Part shown: piece by piece, positions 39,864 to 52,452 of the stretch
How the letters are laid out: each line of letters begins with the position of its first letter
How positions within the stretch are numbered: the first letter of the stretch is position 1
NCBI RefSeq assembly: GCF_001194135.2
Contig: NC_068986.1
Span: forward strand, 101,645,200 to 101,707,373
Length of the DNA stretch: 62,174 bases
Source: Octopus bimaculoides
Lineage: Eukaryota
Reading direction: 5' to 3'
The notes under the pieces: generated by a model
The model's database searches: none
Told to the model about the DNA's origin: nothing
The model's input: the letters and a program-made list of their open reading frames with translations, nothing else
Translations under genes and position numbers: made by a program

Positions 39864-39939
39864 GTTAGCCTCTGGTCAGCCCTGATCGAGCAGAGCCATG
39901 ATCAAAGATAATCCAGTCGTGACCATTCCATCTCTTTTT
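39864..39939 (+). repeat. Short dispersed repeat family E (~75 bp), best copy
   Basis: GTTAGCCTCTGGTCAGCCCTGATCGAGCAGAGCCATGATCAAAGATAATCCAGTCGTGACCATTCCATCTCTTTT; related copies near 3295 (-), 12115, 13382, 13572 (-) and 42470. Confidence 0.75.
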
Positions 39940-41353
39940 CGTCAGACACTGGTTAACAGGACTCTGTGTGTGTGTGTGTGTGTGTGTTTGAAGCCTCAGG
40001 GGGCAATTCGTGTCTAAGAGTGAAATTCAGCTGTTATTTCGAGTAAGTCGGACCACCAGGGAGACGATTCGCTGGTACCCGTTAACTTTGTTGACGTTGG
40101 CTCGTCACGGTAACCATGAAAGGAGCGCGAAAATGAGTGAGAGAAAAATACAGTGAAAGAAGGAAGGTGTAAGAGAATCAGACAGATAGACGGTTAGGGA
40201 GGGGGAGAGAGAGGTAAGAGGAGTGGTGAGAGGAGGATTGCATAACTAAACGTTACACACGAGATAAGGTGCGAGAGGGTGCAGAAGAAAAGAAAGGGGA
40301 TTACACACCTACTTTTGCTAGTAATAAGTATTCATTTGGACGAATTCGTCATAACTGTTGGTGTTGTTCTCCTTACCCTTGTAATAGAAGCAATATGTAA
40401 GTAGCTGTGCAGTTGTAGCATTTAAAAATGATTGCAGTGTTGTCATTTAACCTGAAGTCAACTCTGGTGGAATTGACTTATGACGAGTGGCATTGTTTCC
40501 AATCGAAAAGAGCCTGTATATATTTATAATTATAATTTCTTTTTTAATTTTCAGGCAGTTTATTTATACCCAGGACATTTAATATATTATTATTTAGCCA
40601 TCTCGTTTTTAGAACAGAAGCATGTAGTTTGTAAAAGATTTGGCTGCTCGTTCTAGCGACTGAGTAGACTCATTTGTTGCATTCGTGAATACCCCAAAGT
40701 GTGTTTATATTTTTGTTCGTTTCTCTTATTTCTCTCTCTTCCTCGCTTTTCTGCACGACTAGGCAATCACTATTGAGTCTAAAGCTCCGATGCACGCACG
40801 CATAGACATCTCCGACTAAGAAGTGGTTGCGAACGACTGAAAAGATGATCGTGTTTCTTGTTACCGTCTGCACACATGCCTATTAATGCAGCATATATAT
40901 ATATATATATATATATAGATAGATAGATATAGATATAGATATATTGTGCGTGTATGTGTGATGTTCAGTCTTTCTTTCTCGCTTACTTAACGACTTGTTT
41001 TTATATACATACATATACAATAATACATTCAAACTTGTGTATATTCATATGTATATGAACAGTTTAAACATTCCACGCATCAGGGAAATTTGCCTGACTT
41101 GAAAGATTCCTATTGCATGTCCTATACAGACGAATAGAAAATAATAATAATAATAATAACAATAATAATAATAATATAAAAGAAGAAACAGCCGAAAGAC
41201 AGACGGCTAAATTAGTAATGAGCAGGAAAATATGAAATAGATGGAACGATAGACATACAAATTAAGCGATTGAAAGATAGCTAAAAGAATATGCTTAATT
41301 AGCAATCAACCTCTCTCTTTCTCTCTCTCCGTATATGTCTGCGTGTGCGCTTG

Positions 41354-41384
<31 letters not shown>

Positions 41385-42089
41385 TATCGTTCTATGTTAA
41401 GCGTGTATATGTCTTAAGCGGGTGCGTTTGCATTAGATATTTTCATAAATATCGTGAGTGTTGTTAATGGTATTTCAATTATTGTTGTTGCTCTTTTTTA
41501 GCTCCAAGGCACCCCTAAACGTGCATAGTTATGTGGAAACGCACATAGACCAAAAAAAAAAAAAAAAAAAAAAAAATTAGCAGAGACGTCCGCTTACAGG
41601 TATCGAACGTTACATTATCCAACGTGTTCGTTTCTCTCCTGAGGCAGTGGAATGCGATTTGTGGGAGATTTGGTTCTTATATCTAGCAAGTGGACCAGCA
41701 TTGTAAAGGCTCCATCATAGGGTGTTTCCGTTTGGCGTATGAAATTCCAATCTCTATACAATGTTTTCCCTTTGCTTTCTTCTTCTATTTCTATTTTCTA
41801 TTTGTCTTCGCCTCGTTTTTCGTTTTTTTCCTTTCTTCCTTCCTTCCTTCCTTCAGCTCTTTTGCATCAGAAACATTCCAAGCATTTTTTCGCATGCGAA
41901 AAAAAAAACAAAAGATCAACAAATAATAATAATAATTATAATAATGATAGTAATTATAACACTACCCATAATTTTGAAAGAAAGAATAACGAAACATTAA
42001 AATAAATTATCAAATAATAAATAATAAAAATAAATAAAACACTACCGAGGCCCTCCTTAACCCGGCGCTCGGTTGTATTAGCAGCAATG

Positions 42090-42269
42090 CCTACAGTAAC
42101 GGTAATAGTAACAGTAGTGGTAGTAATAGCAGTAGTAGTAGTATTTGTTGTTGTTTATCAGTAGAGTAATGGGCGGCGTAATAGCTGCAAAGTTGTAGTT
42201 GACGCAGCAGTAATAGTAACAAAGGCGGTATTGATGTTGATGATAGTAGTGGTGGTGGTGGTGGTGGTG

Positions 42270-42305
<36 letters not shown>

Positions 42306-42310
42306 GTTCT
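42090..42310. repeat. Compound trinucleotide tract (AGT/GGT/AGC)
   Basis: Direct reading; includes (GGT)n and (AGT)n runs. Confidence 0.9.
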
Positions 42311-43492
42311 CGCAATGTCAGCAGTAGCAGCGATAGTACACGCAGATCACAGTCGACCTTGTATCGCGTTTCATGTAGGAATGCGTGCTAAATGTTTTAC
42401 GCTTGTTACAAGTGTACGATGTTGTTGTTGTTATTGTCATTGTGGTCTTCCTTCCTTAATTGTAATTATTTAACCCCAGGTCAGTCGTGATAGAATTGAA
42501 CTGTAATGAATGACATTCCATTTGTGAACATCTCGCCTATTGAAATAGATTTCTTTGTTTTGTTGTTGTTGTTGTTGTTGGTATTCTTTTAATTATATTA
42601 TCTTTCTTCGATTAATACAATAGGATATAAGTTAGAATGGATTTGGCTGTTTTTTTCCAGGAAGTCAAACGACCACATGTTCGGAAATATCATTTTCGTC
42701 TGCATTTCATAATTATTGCTGATATTAGTTGTATTATTGGTATTGTTATTTTAATTATCATTGCAAATAGAGTTGATTAGCAACTCTACTTTAGACTGAT
42801 TAAGCAGACGTGCGATTTCAGCGCTCCAGACACGACCCTCTCATCTTCGATTGATCCAATCTACCCGGAATTATGTATTTCATCAAATGTGTGTATAGAT
42901 ATTTTAAAATTATAAGTTGCGTTACAAAAATGGAACCAGGCACATGTTCATCATTTTCGTCAACATATTTTTCATCAACTCCATCATCATCATCATCACC
43001 TCCGTCATCATTATTAACATCATCTTGTCATCATCAACATCATCATCATCTTTACCACCACAACCGTCATCATCATCATCATCATCATTAGCCGTTATCA
43101 GCAGCAAGATGCAAACTGCCGATGTCGTTGGCGACATTACTATCAAATAGCGCCGCTTCATTCGTCACCGACCTCGTAATCACCATAACTAACCATTACC
43201 ATCAGCCATAGCATCATGTGTCATTGTTGACATTCAGAACGATGTGATAACATTTATTTTTCGTGCAACATTGCATCGTGCAGTTGATAATGTTTTGAAA
43301 CGCTGCCCGCGCGACATATAAAAGAAACAGCAGCGGCAGAGGTGGTTGTGGTGGCGGCGGTTGCAGCGGTGGCAGCGAAAATGGCGTTGTTCGTCATAGT
43401 AGAAGTCGGGCAGCCTTCAATTGTAAACTGATCCGTGCAAATGTAACGTAATGTACGTCAATATATATATATATATGTCTGTGTGTGTGTGT

Positions 43493-43531
<39 letters not shown>

Positions 43532-43941
43532 TGCAAACGCATATACACCCATACATTCATGCTGTCCTATTGTGCCATTGTTCCTGTATATTGCTGATGT
43601 TGCTAGTGGAGTTCAACCACAGGTCAGCCATAGCATCAGCACACCTTATCTTTCAATGGTATTTCTGTCCTGGTCCATTACGTTCCAGTTAGAGATAACA
43701 AAGTAATTCTCCAATGAATTATTTTTACTTGGACAAGGGTTTTACTTGACTGAAAATTCTGTTCCTATTTCTAATGATTTATAAAGGCAGACGGATTTAT
43801 CTCTTAATTTGTTAACAGTTATCACCCACTATACGTATATATATGGAAGCATGGGTGCGTATGTGTAAGAAAAAATGTGTGTGTGATTGTGTGTGTATGA
43901 ATTTAAAGAAACGATGTGAGAAATTAAATCAAGTTCATTGG

Positions 43942-44318
43942 TAGGCGCAGGCGTGACTATGTGAGGAGGCACAAAGGCAATTGAGTGGTAAGAAACTTGG
44001 TTCCAAACCACATGGTTCCGGGTTCGCTCCCACTGCGTGGAACCTCGTGAGTGGATTTCGTTGATGGAACCTTAAGGAAACCCGTCAAATATATATGTGT
44101 GTGTATGTGTCTTTGTATAAGTCTTTGTTCTCCACCACCGGTTGACATCCTATGTTGCTGTGTTTACGTTCCCGTAAAATATCATTTCGGCAAAAGAAAC
44201 GATAGAATTAGTTTCGGGCTTAAAAACTGAAGTACTGTGGGCGATAAATTCCGCAAGAAATTCTTCAAGGCTGTGCCCCAGCATGGCCGTAATCAGATGA
44301 CTGAAACAAGTAAAAAGA
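43942..44318 (+). mobile_element. SINE family C, near full length with internal deletion
   Basis: TAGGCGCAGGCGTG...GTGGTAAGAAACTTG...CCACATGGTTCCGGGTTCGCTCCCACTGCGTGG...GTGAGTGGATTT...central (TA)/(GT) tract...CCAGCATGGCCG...ATGACTGAAACAAGTAAAAAGA. Confidence 0.9.
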
Positions 44319-45091
44319 TGCAAGATTTTCTGCTGCAAATTAAATCTAAGTAATTATGCATCTCATAATAGTCTATTTGGTGCATAATTCCTGTTTCTTT
44401 GTCATGATTTTAATTTCCTATTTACACTCTCCACTCACCTAACGCTATATCCTGAAGCATATATATATATATATATANNNNNNNNNNNNNNNNNNNNNNN
44501 NNNNNNNNNNNNNNNNNNNNNNNNNNNNNNNNNNNNNNNNNNNNNNNNNNNNNNNNNNNNNNNNNNNNNNNNNNNNNNNNNNNNNNNNNNNNNNNNNNNN
44601 NNNNNNNNNNNNNNNNNNNNNNNATTCTCTAAATTATGTATTAACAGTAACTGCACGATACAGTGAAGTATATTGCCACTTAAATGTGGCTGACCCCTAG
44701 GGGTGGATGTTACTGTTGCTTTTAGCCCCAGGAGGACATCTCCTCCAGCTGGCTTATCGACACACTTCTGTGCCCTGTTTGTTTTGCCAAGGGAAGTTAT
44801 CCCTCCCATCATCGTGATCTGTAGCACGAACGGACCCGGGTTTCAGGGTTATTTCCCTTCGACAGCGTCCGATAGCCACCGATATATATATATATATTGA
44901 GGACTAACGAGTTCTAATACCATGTAAAATATTTACGCGCGCGGCGCGCACACACACATACGTATGTGTGATTTTGTGGTTAAGAATCCAGCTTTGCATC
45001 CACGTTGTTTCAGGTTAAGTCCTGTTATGTGGCACATTAGAGATGTGTTCTGTACTATAGCACTGCCCCGACCAATGTCACCCGAAAACGA

Positions 45092-45128
45092 AAGCATGAC
45101 GTGGAAGCATGACGTGGAAGCATGGCGT
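45092..45128. repeat. 13 bp tandem repeat (AAGCATGACGTGG), two full copies plus a partial third
   Basis: Direct reading. Confidence 0.9.
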
Positions 45129-45239
45129 AAATGTGTGTGTTTGGTATATGTACGCGTGTATTCGGTGCTAAAATTCATACCGATTTTAACGAGGAGATAC
45201 ATGCCATAGTTACTACAATACGCATCCCTAAATGTGTTA

Positions 45240-45287
<48 letters not shown>

Positions 45288-46996
45288 ACAAAATGAATGT
45301 GTATATTTAGGTAAAAATCGGCAGTTGTACACTTTGTTTTACGAAACATCTGTTTGTAGACGCATTGTGTTAAATATGAAAAAAAAAAACAATATAATTT
45401 AGTGCTAGACATATGAAATGAGAGATAAGTATTTCACCGTTGTTTCGGCTTATCATTCCCACTTACACATGTCACTTCCGAAGCAAAAACCTAGTCTGAA
45501 GTACACTACTGATAGTGTTTAAACTATTCATTGATTTGCAAAGGCATCGCAAGAACAAAGCAAATTCGAATTATGCAATGGAAGCAGTTTTATGGTTAAA
45601 TATCTATCGATAGTTGAGTACGTTTAAAAAGAGTAAAACTTGTTTTCTTCAGGGAAAATTTCCTGTCTTCAGGAAAATTTCCCTTCACAAAAGACAATGA
45701 GCTTCAGAGCTCTGAAGTATATCATATTTTCACGATTAAAAAGGAAAGGAAAAAAAAAGGAATTCGGGCGTTTTAAGATCTTACACGAGGCAAATTGCTA
45801 AGTACAATACTTAGTGACGTTACTTGTTCCTATAACTCAAACTAAGATATTATTAGAAATCCGATCATAGCTAACCTGAATTAAGATTAATTAATTAAGA
45901 TTAATTAACTAAATACATGGATTATATTTTAAAATTTCACTTCCCCATTTATTGCTTTTTCCTATGTATTAGCTCTAAGAACCTCGTTTCCAACCATATT
46001 GAATTTCAACCTAATTTCCAACCGTTGCTTATATTTCTCACAAATATAATAACGTGATGTATCCTTTCTGTAGAATATATTTCATATATACAATTCTTAG
46101 AATATATTCTTTTGAATAAATTGTATTTAATGCAATTTTATTCAAAGTCCGCAAAACAGAATCTCACTGATATTACAAATAGGCTATGGGGTTACTGCGT
46201 ATTTTGGGGGTTTTGATGCGGTGATTTGTACTTTAAGACCTCACTGAGATATTAAATTTGACATTAAACTGTCAACTGCGTTTATTTTCTTCATGTACAT
46301 ATCAATTTAGCCCAGTCTGACAAAGATTTATATTTGAAATTATATAGAGAGCAAAAAACTATGTGAAGAAATTTGATATATCTCTACTTTCAGCTATAAA
46401 TCCTCAGTATCTTGAATGGAGCATGAAATGAAATACATACTTTAAGAGCTTTAGGAAGTATAGTTCGTGAAAATAACCGATGAATTAAAAGAACAATTAA
46501 AACTTCAAACCGTTGTGTATCATAGATTCAGATCGTTGATTAATATGAAACATGCGAAAACAAATAAAAAAAACAACTTCATGTAGGGGCGTAGACAGTT
46601 TCTAAATTTAGTGGAAATGAGCACGTAAAAAAGGCGACGTGATGCATACCAAACAATTTTCACCTCATTCATTTTATAAAAGGCATCTTTTTTTTTTCAA
46701 ATGTGCTCGCAGGGAACGGTCACCCCCCACCCTGATATACTATTAGCTACGCTATTGATTGGTTGACCATAGTTCATCATTCTTTATTTCTTTGCTGATA
46801 CACACCTGGATTAATTCACGCAAATACGAATTAATGATAGGATTCGGATTTGCACCTATCACCTTTCCCTCGGATTAACAACCTATACGGATTAGTATAA
46901 TATTGACTGGACATTTTGTTAGCGTTTACGGGGCTATTATTCTGGATTTATTAAATCCTCTACTATTTACACACAAACAGACTCACACAGATTTCA

Positions 46997-47350
46997 TCTT
47001 TCACTTGTTTCACTCATTGGACTGCAGCCATGCTGGAGCACTGCCTTACAATATTTTAGTCGAACAAATCAACTCAGTGCCTATTTCTAAAGTAGTTATT
47101 CTGGTGGTCATTCTATCACTCTCTTTTGCCGAACAGTTAAGTTATGGAGACATACAAACCATCACCTGCACGCACGCACACACACGCACACACATTTCTT
47201 TTAGTCTCCGTCTATCAAATCCACTCACAAGGCTTTGGTTGGCCCGAGGCTATAGTAGAAGACACCTGGACAAGGTGCCACGCAGTGGGACTGAACCCGG
47301 AACCATGTGGTTCGTAAGCAAGCTACTTACCACACAATCACTCCTACGCG
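46997..47350 (-). mobile_element. SINE family C, near full length
   Basis: Reverse complement of 43942-44318; well-preserved CTATAGTAGAAGACACCTGGACAAGGTGCCACGCAGTGGGACTGAACCCGGAACCATGTGG; the minus-strand CCTTGTCCAGGTGTCTTCT segment is CORE-like. Confidence 0.92.
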
Positions 47351-47553
47351 TATATGTATGAATTATGTTAATGCAACGTAGAACTACAATGAAACGATTG
47401 GATGCAAAGTGCACATTATACTTTGTTGAAGTTCATCCAAAATCGGTTGATTCTGGACAGATCCCCGTTATACTTAGTAGCGAAAATTTGATAGTTTTAA
47501 ATAAGAAATATAATCTACTGAAATATTTATTTGCTGTAGAATACATGTGTGGA

Positions 47554-47584
<31 letters not shown>

Positions 47585-50569
47585 AATCAGGAAGTTGAAA
47601 GAGAAGGAGATGAAAACAAAAAGAAGGAAAAAAAGAAGCAATACACCTTCTCCCCGACATACGACCATCTGCACTTACGACCACAAAACATTATAAATAA
47701 AGAAATGAATAAATGAATATATTTTCGGATGTCGGGCAGCTGCGTGTATGGTGACTATGGCAGCATTTGTCAATGCAGGCCACTCATAGACTGCCACTGT
47801 CTCTCACTCAGTCGTTTTCAAGCATCGATTTCATGATTGAAAATAGTGTTAAAAAGAATAAAGCCGTCATACCAACAGATCGACTTACGACCTGTCAGTT
47901 AGTCGTAAGTCATGTCAAAGAAACATTTACAGTAGAGCAAGTGGTGTTTGTTTGGGTTGTACATGATTGTGTGTGGAAGGATACTACAGCCGTCTATCAA
48001 GACTGTATGTAACTTTTGAAGTAGGTTATTTAACAAATGTAATCTTTCGCATTTACTAATTACGCTTTAATTATTTGAAAAGTAATGTTAAGTAGGTTAA
48101 GTTCTGCCTATGTGAACTTATAAAACTATATTAAGAAAAGGTTAAAAATGAAACTTAAAATTGAAACAGTATACTTGAAGTACAATGTAGGTCTTATTCT
48201 TATTATTAGAAAAAGAACATTATATAGATATATGAGTACAAATACAATGAGATCTGCATGCATTTATAAGAATGTCATTGGGAATATAAGTAGATTTAAT
48301 GGTGACTAAGTAATACGTATCTTAAGGAAAACGCCCCAAGCTAACCTCTACTTATGTGCTTAAAATTACACGGTTACTGTTCCAAGTGTATTGAAAGATC
48401 AATAATCTCGAATGGTATTGAGTTTATATGTATGCATGTATACAAAAATATTAGTGTATAGATGCCCAAATTAGGATTACATCAATTGTTATATATATAT
48501 ATATATATATATATATATNNNNNNNNNNNNNNNNNNNNNNNNNNNNNNNNNNNNNNNNNNNNNNNNNNNNNNNNNNNNNNNNNNNNNNNNNNNNNNNNNN
48601 NNNNNNNNNNNNNNNNATATAGATGTTAAAACCATTTCGAATATTCATGCCACTACATCGACAAATAAAGAGGAGCTAAAATCATTGTGATATCCAGCAG
48701 GCAACTGATGCTGGTCATATCTATTTGATATAATTTTTGGTGAATATTTTATATTTTGGAGTCTTACTATTCCGAGTTGTGCTTCATTCATGGTTTATGG
48801 TGAGTACATTTATTGATATTGCTTGACTGAATCCATGGATAATCATATTAGGCAAAGATTATTGTTAATGAATGCTTCCTAGTTAAATATACATATCGGC
48901 TATCTCAATATGTATGCAAATGCATACATCGATCGAAGTAAACAACTATACACACGCTTGTCCATAATTGCATATACAAAACTCACGTCATATATACACA
49001 TACATGAATATACGCTTATTGTAAAATAATCAATTTACCAACTGGAAGAATTTCTATGAAAATCAAATCATCGTTCGCGCCATCATAGATGCCATAAGCA
49101 CTTCAAAGTACACAATATTGCAGCATTTTAAGATTCATTGTCCAATAAGAACAGAAACCGAAATTACAGATAACATGTGAAGAGTAGCTTGACAGGAAAT
49201 GTTTCTGTACAATATTATTCCATATATAAAATCGTTGTTATACTTCAGCAACCAAATCGGAGGCGCACGACTATCTATCATTACACCGACATTTCGAATT
49301 GATTAAAGTTTTGCAAGACAAAACATGTTATCTTCCTACTGAAATGTTATGTCGAGCATTGGTTGCACGACCAGATGGTAAAAACGATGAACATACAGTA
49401 GTTACCGCAAACGAATTCAAGCAATATTACTGCTGACGTGTAGTAAAGAAGGACAGTTTACCTGAAATTGATTCATTTGAAGAAAATACACACGCGCGCG
49501 TGCGTACACTCAAGCAGACACTTTAATTACTATAGTCACATTTAGTACGTGCAGTGGTAACGCCTGATCGCTAAATGAAAATGATGAACGAAATAACGAT
49601 TACTCACACACGTGTATGCCTGTCTCTTTGTGTGTATGTATGTACGTATGTATGTATGTGTGTATATATGTATGTATGCGCACGCTTTTTCATTGAAACA
49701 GACGCACATAGAAGCAAACATGCATTTGACAACTCATTCCCAGATGTCGAAATTGCTGCAAGTTTCTCAAGCAGCTTCTGCACAAACACTCGATGAGATC
49801 AACTACAACATGTGTACTGCTGGTGGTGGTGGTATTGCTGCAACTAACACTGATAATAATCTCAGAAGAGGCTGAGATAGTATTGGTTACGCTCGTTTTT
49901 TTTTTTTTTCGTAGTTTTCATTTTTTAGCACCACTTCAAATCTGAAGAAGCAAACTTAAAAAATACTCCTGATGTGACCATCAGGCCTTCATATATGCAG
50001 AGAACAGACGATCACATTATTCAAAGTGGTCTTTGATAATATTTTTTGAATGCGATTTGAGGGAGATTTCTCCGCAGTTCCTGACGCTTCGAGTGATTAC
50101 GATGAAGAATCCTCACCATTCCGTTCAGTTCTAGTGGTCATAATATAATTAAGAGATGTAGTTATGTTTGCCGGTATAGTTGTAGTATTAGACGTAATAC
50201 TCGCAAATATCCCTCTCATTGCGAGAGATATTTTTGTCGTTCTTTATTTTGGCCACAGTAGAGCTTCTCTTAAAATCATTCCAGTCATATGAACCTCGAT
50301 TTTTCAAGAGTATGATGGACTACTTTTTGCCATTTATTCTATCTTTACAAAAGCCGGTACCATGTGATTGAAGGAAAATTTGCCTGTTATTACCAGCAAA
50401 TCAACTGACCCCGTAGACTTCCATAGAAGGGATTAGATTACTGGAGGGGCTGCAGTGCATTAAACTCTCCAAAATACGAGGTGACTGAGGGCGTGCAAAT
50501 GTAAGTTGAGCAGAATGCTTGATTAAATGCTATACTGTGTTCCAAACTACATAAAAAAGAAATAAATAC

Positions 50570-50814
50570 GCCCTTTTAAATCCTGACCAGGCTCGTGGGA
50601 CCGGTTTCCCGGTCTCAATGGCGTATGTCTTCCCCAGCTGGATGGGACACCAGTCCATCGCAGCGTTCCTCATGTTTGCCAGCTGAGTGGACTGGAGCAA
50701 CGTGAAATGAAGTGTTTTGCTCAAGAATACAACGCGTCGCCCGGTCCAGGAATCGAAACCACAATCTTACATTCATGGTGCTGACACCATAACCATTAGG
50801 CCACGATTCTCCAC
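50570..50814 (-). mobile_element. SINE family D (tRNA head, CORE-like segment, distinct tail)
   Basis: Minus strand GTGGCCTAATGGTT (A box) ... GGTTTCGATTCC (B box) ... TTCTTGAGCAAAACACTTCATTTCAC (CORE-like) ... GCGATGGACTGGTGTCCCATCCAG; degraded relatives near 57100-57285 and 58320-58490. Confidence 0.85.
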
Positions 50815-51307
50815 AGCAAAGTACATACTCCACCTATATATGATTTTATTATTTGAAATCTCGGTTCTGATGGAATTCACTTTCACTCTTTTGAGGTCGA
50901 TGTAACAAAGTACTTGTAATATATGGCGGTTAGGCAGCTGTATCTTGGTGTTTTAATTCAGTATAACTACCACCAGTGATATGGTTTGACTGGCGCCAAG
51001 TTGCTTATCTCTCTATTTGATGTCGTGTCTTTTTTCCTTTGCTACAAGAACGTACTGGATAAACCATTATAGCGATAAATATCTGGCCATTATTCTTGTC
51101 AGACACAGGGCACCTCCTACGACACTCAACGAGTGTGCCTTTATTTGTTTTTTAATGCTTGTGAAAAAAAAAGTGGGTTAGTTACGACTAGAATGCATTT
51201 TATAAGACTTTTGAATGCAGTTGAACAAGGGAGAAAGCAACAACAAAGAGAGGCACACAAAAATATTTCTTCTCTTTAGCCCCAAAAGTTTTGTTGGAGC
51301 CAATATG

Positions 51308-51682
51308 GTTGGCACTCCATTGGTTACCACGACGAGTTGATCCGATCAACGGAACAGCCTGCTCGTGAAATTAATGTTCAATGGGCTGAGCACTCCACAG
51401 ACACGTGTACCCATAACGTAGTTCTCGGGGAGATTCAGCGTGGCATAGTGTGTGACAAGGCTGGTACTTTGAAATACAGGTACAACAGAAACAGGAAGAA
51501 AGAGTGAGAGTATGTTGTGGTGAAAGAGTACAGCAGGGTTCGCCACCATCCCCCGCCGGAGCCTCGTGGAACTTTAAGTATTGTCGCTCAATAGACACTC
51601 ACAACACCCGGTCTGAGAATCGAAACCACGATCCTTCAACTTCGAGTCCGCTGCCTTAAGCACTGGGCCATTGCGCCTCCAC
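51308..51682 (-). mobile_element. SINE family A, full length
   Basis: Aligns with other A copies; perfect 13 bp TSD GTTGGAGCCAATA at 51293-51305 and 51683-51695. Confidence 0.95.
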
Positions 51683-51856
51683 GTTGGAGCCAATACGCAA
51701 ATGGTAATTTTTGCTTTTGTTTTTTTACCAAAACGCTATACATATATTACTGAAATTTAATGAACAAAGAGCTGTATTAAAAGTACTATCAGCTTATTCT
51801 TAACTTATTCTATGAAATTATTCTGAACATATGTCGCCTAAATAGAGGTTCTTTTC

Positions 51857-51891
51857 GATGATGGAACAGATGATGGAACAGATGATGGAAC
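51857..51891. repeat. 12 bp tandem repeat x3 (GATGATGGAACA)
   Basis: Direct reading. Confidence 0.92.
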
Positions 51892-52276
51892 CTAGATATC
51901 TAGGTTTGAGTCTGCAAGGTGTTTCGCTATACGCTATTCAGCTCGCATCAAGAACTGTTTTGCTGATTTTTATATTCAAGAACTCATGCACTTGTTAGCT
52001 TCAATGGTCCCACGGTGTACGTTTAAGCAAGAAAACAGAGAACATAGTTGAAACATCGGGATGTATCGAAATCCCTTTACACGGGTGAATCTCAAGCACA
52101 CATCGTTTAAGTAGAAGTGTTCTATGTGGACGGAAAACAGCAGCGATTAATATACACGTTCGAATCTGCCATGTTCTGCAAACAAAACATGGCAGATTCG
52201 AATGTGTATATTGAACGTACCAAAAATGAAGATACGTTATTTTTACATTCTCGCTGCTTTGAAATCATTCTACAAA

Positions 52277-52452
52277 TTATTCTTTGTTACTCTAGGCACA
52301 TTTCGGGGGAAGGAGCCAGTCGATTACATCGACCCCAGTCTTCAATTTATCGAGCCCGGAAGGATCAAAGCAAAGTCGACTTCGGCGGAATTTGAACTCA
52401 GAACGTAAAGACAGACGAAATATCGCTAAGCATTTCGCCCGGTGTGCTAATG
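52277..52452 (-). mobile_element. SINE family B lacking its first ~19 nt (recipient copy)
   Basis: Minus strand starts CATTAGCACACCGGGCGAAATGCTTAGCGATATTTCGTC directly after the tail of the upper copy and ends in the normal B tail. Confidence 0.88.

Noticed and set aside
42091-43161. Poly-V, poly-P, poly-H and poly-S ORFs (also 39600-39822 and 53833-54485)
   Set aside because: Translations of trinucleotide microsatellites, with no domain or splice support.
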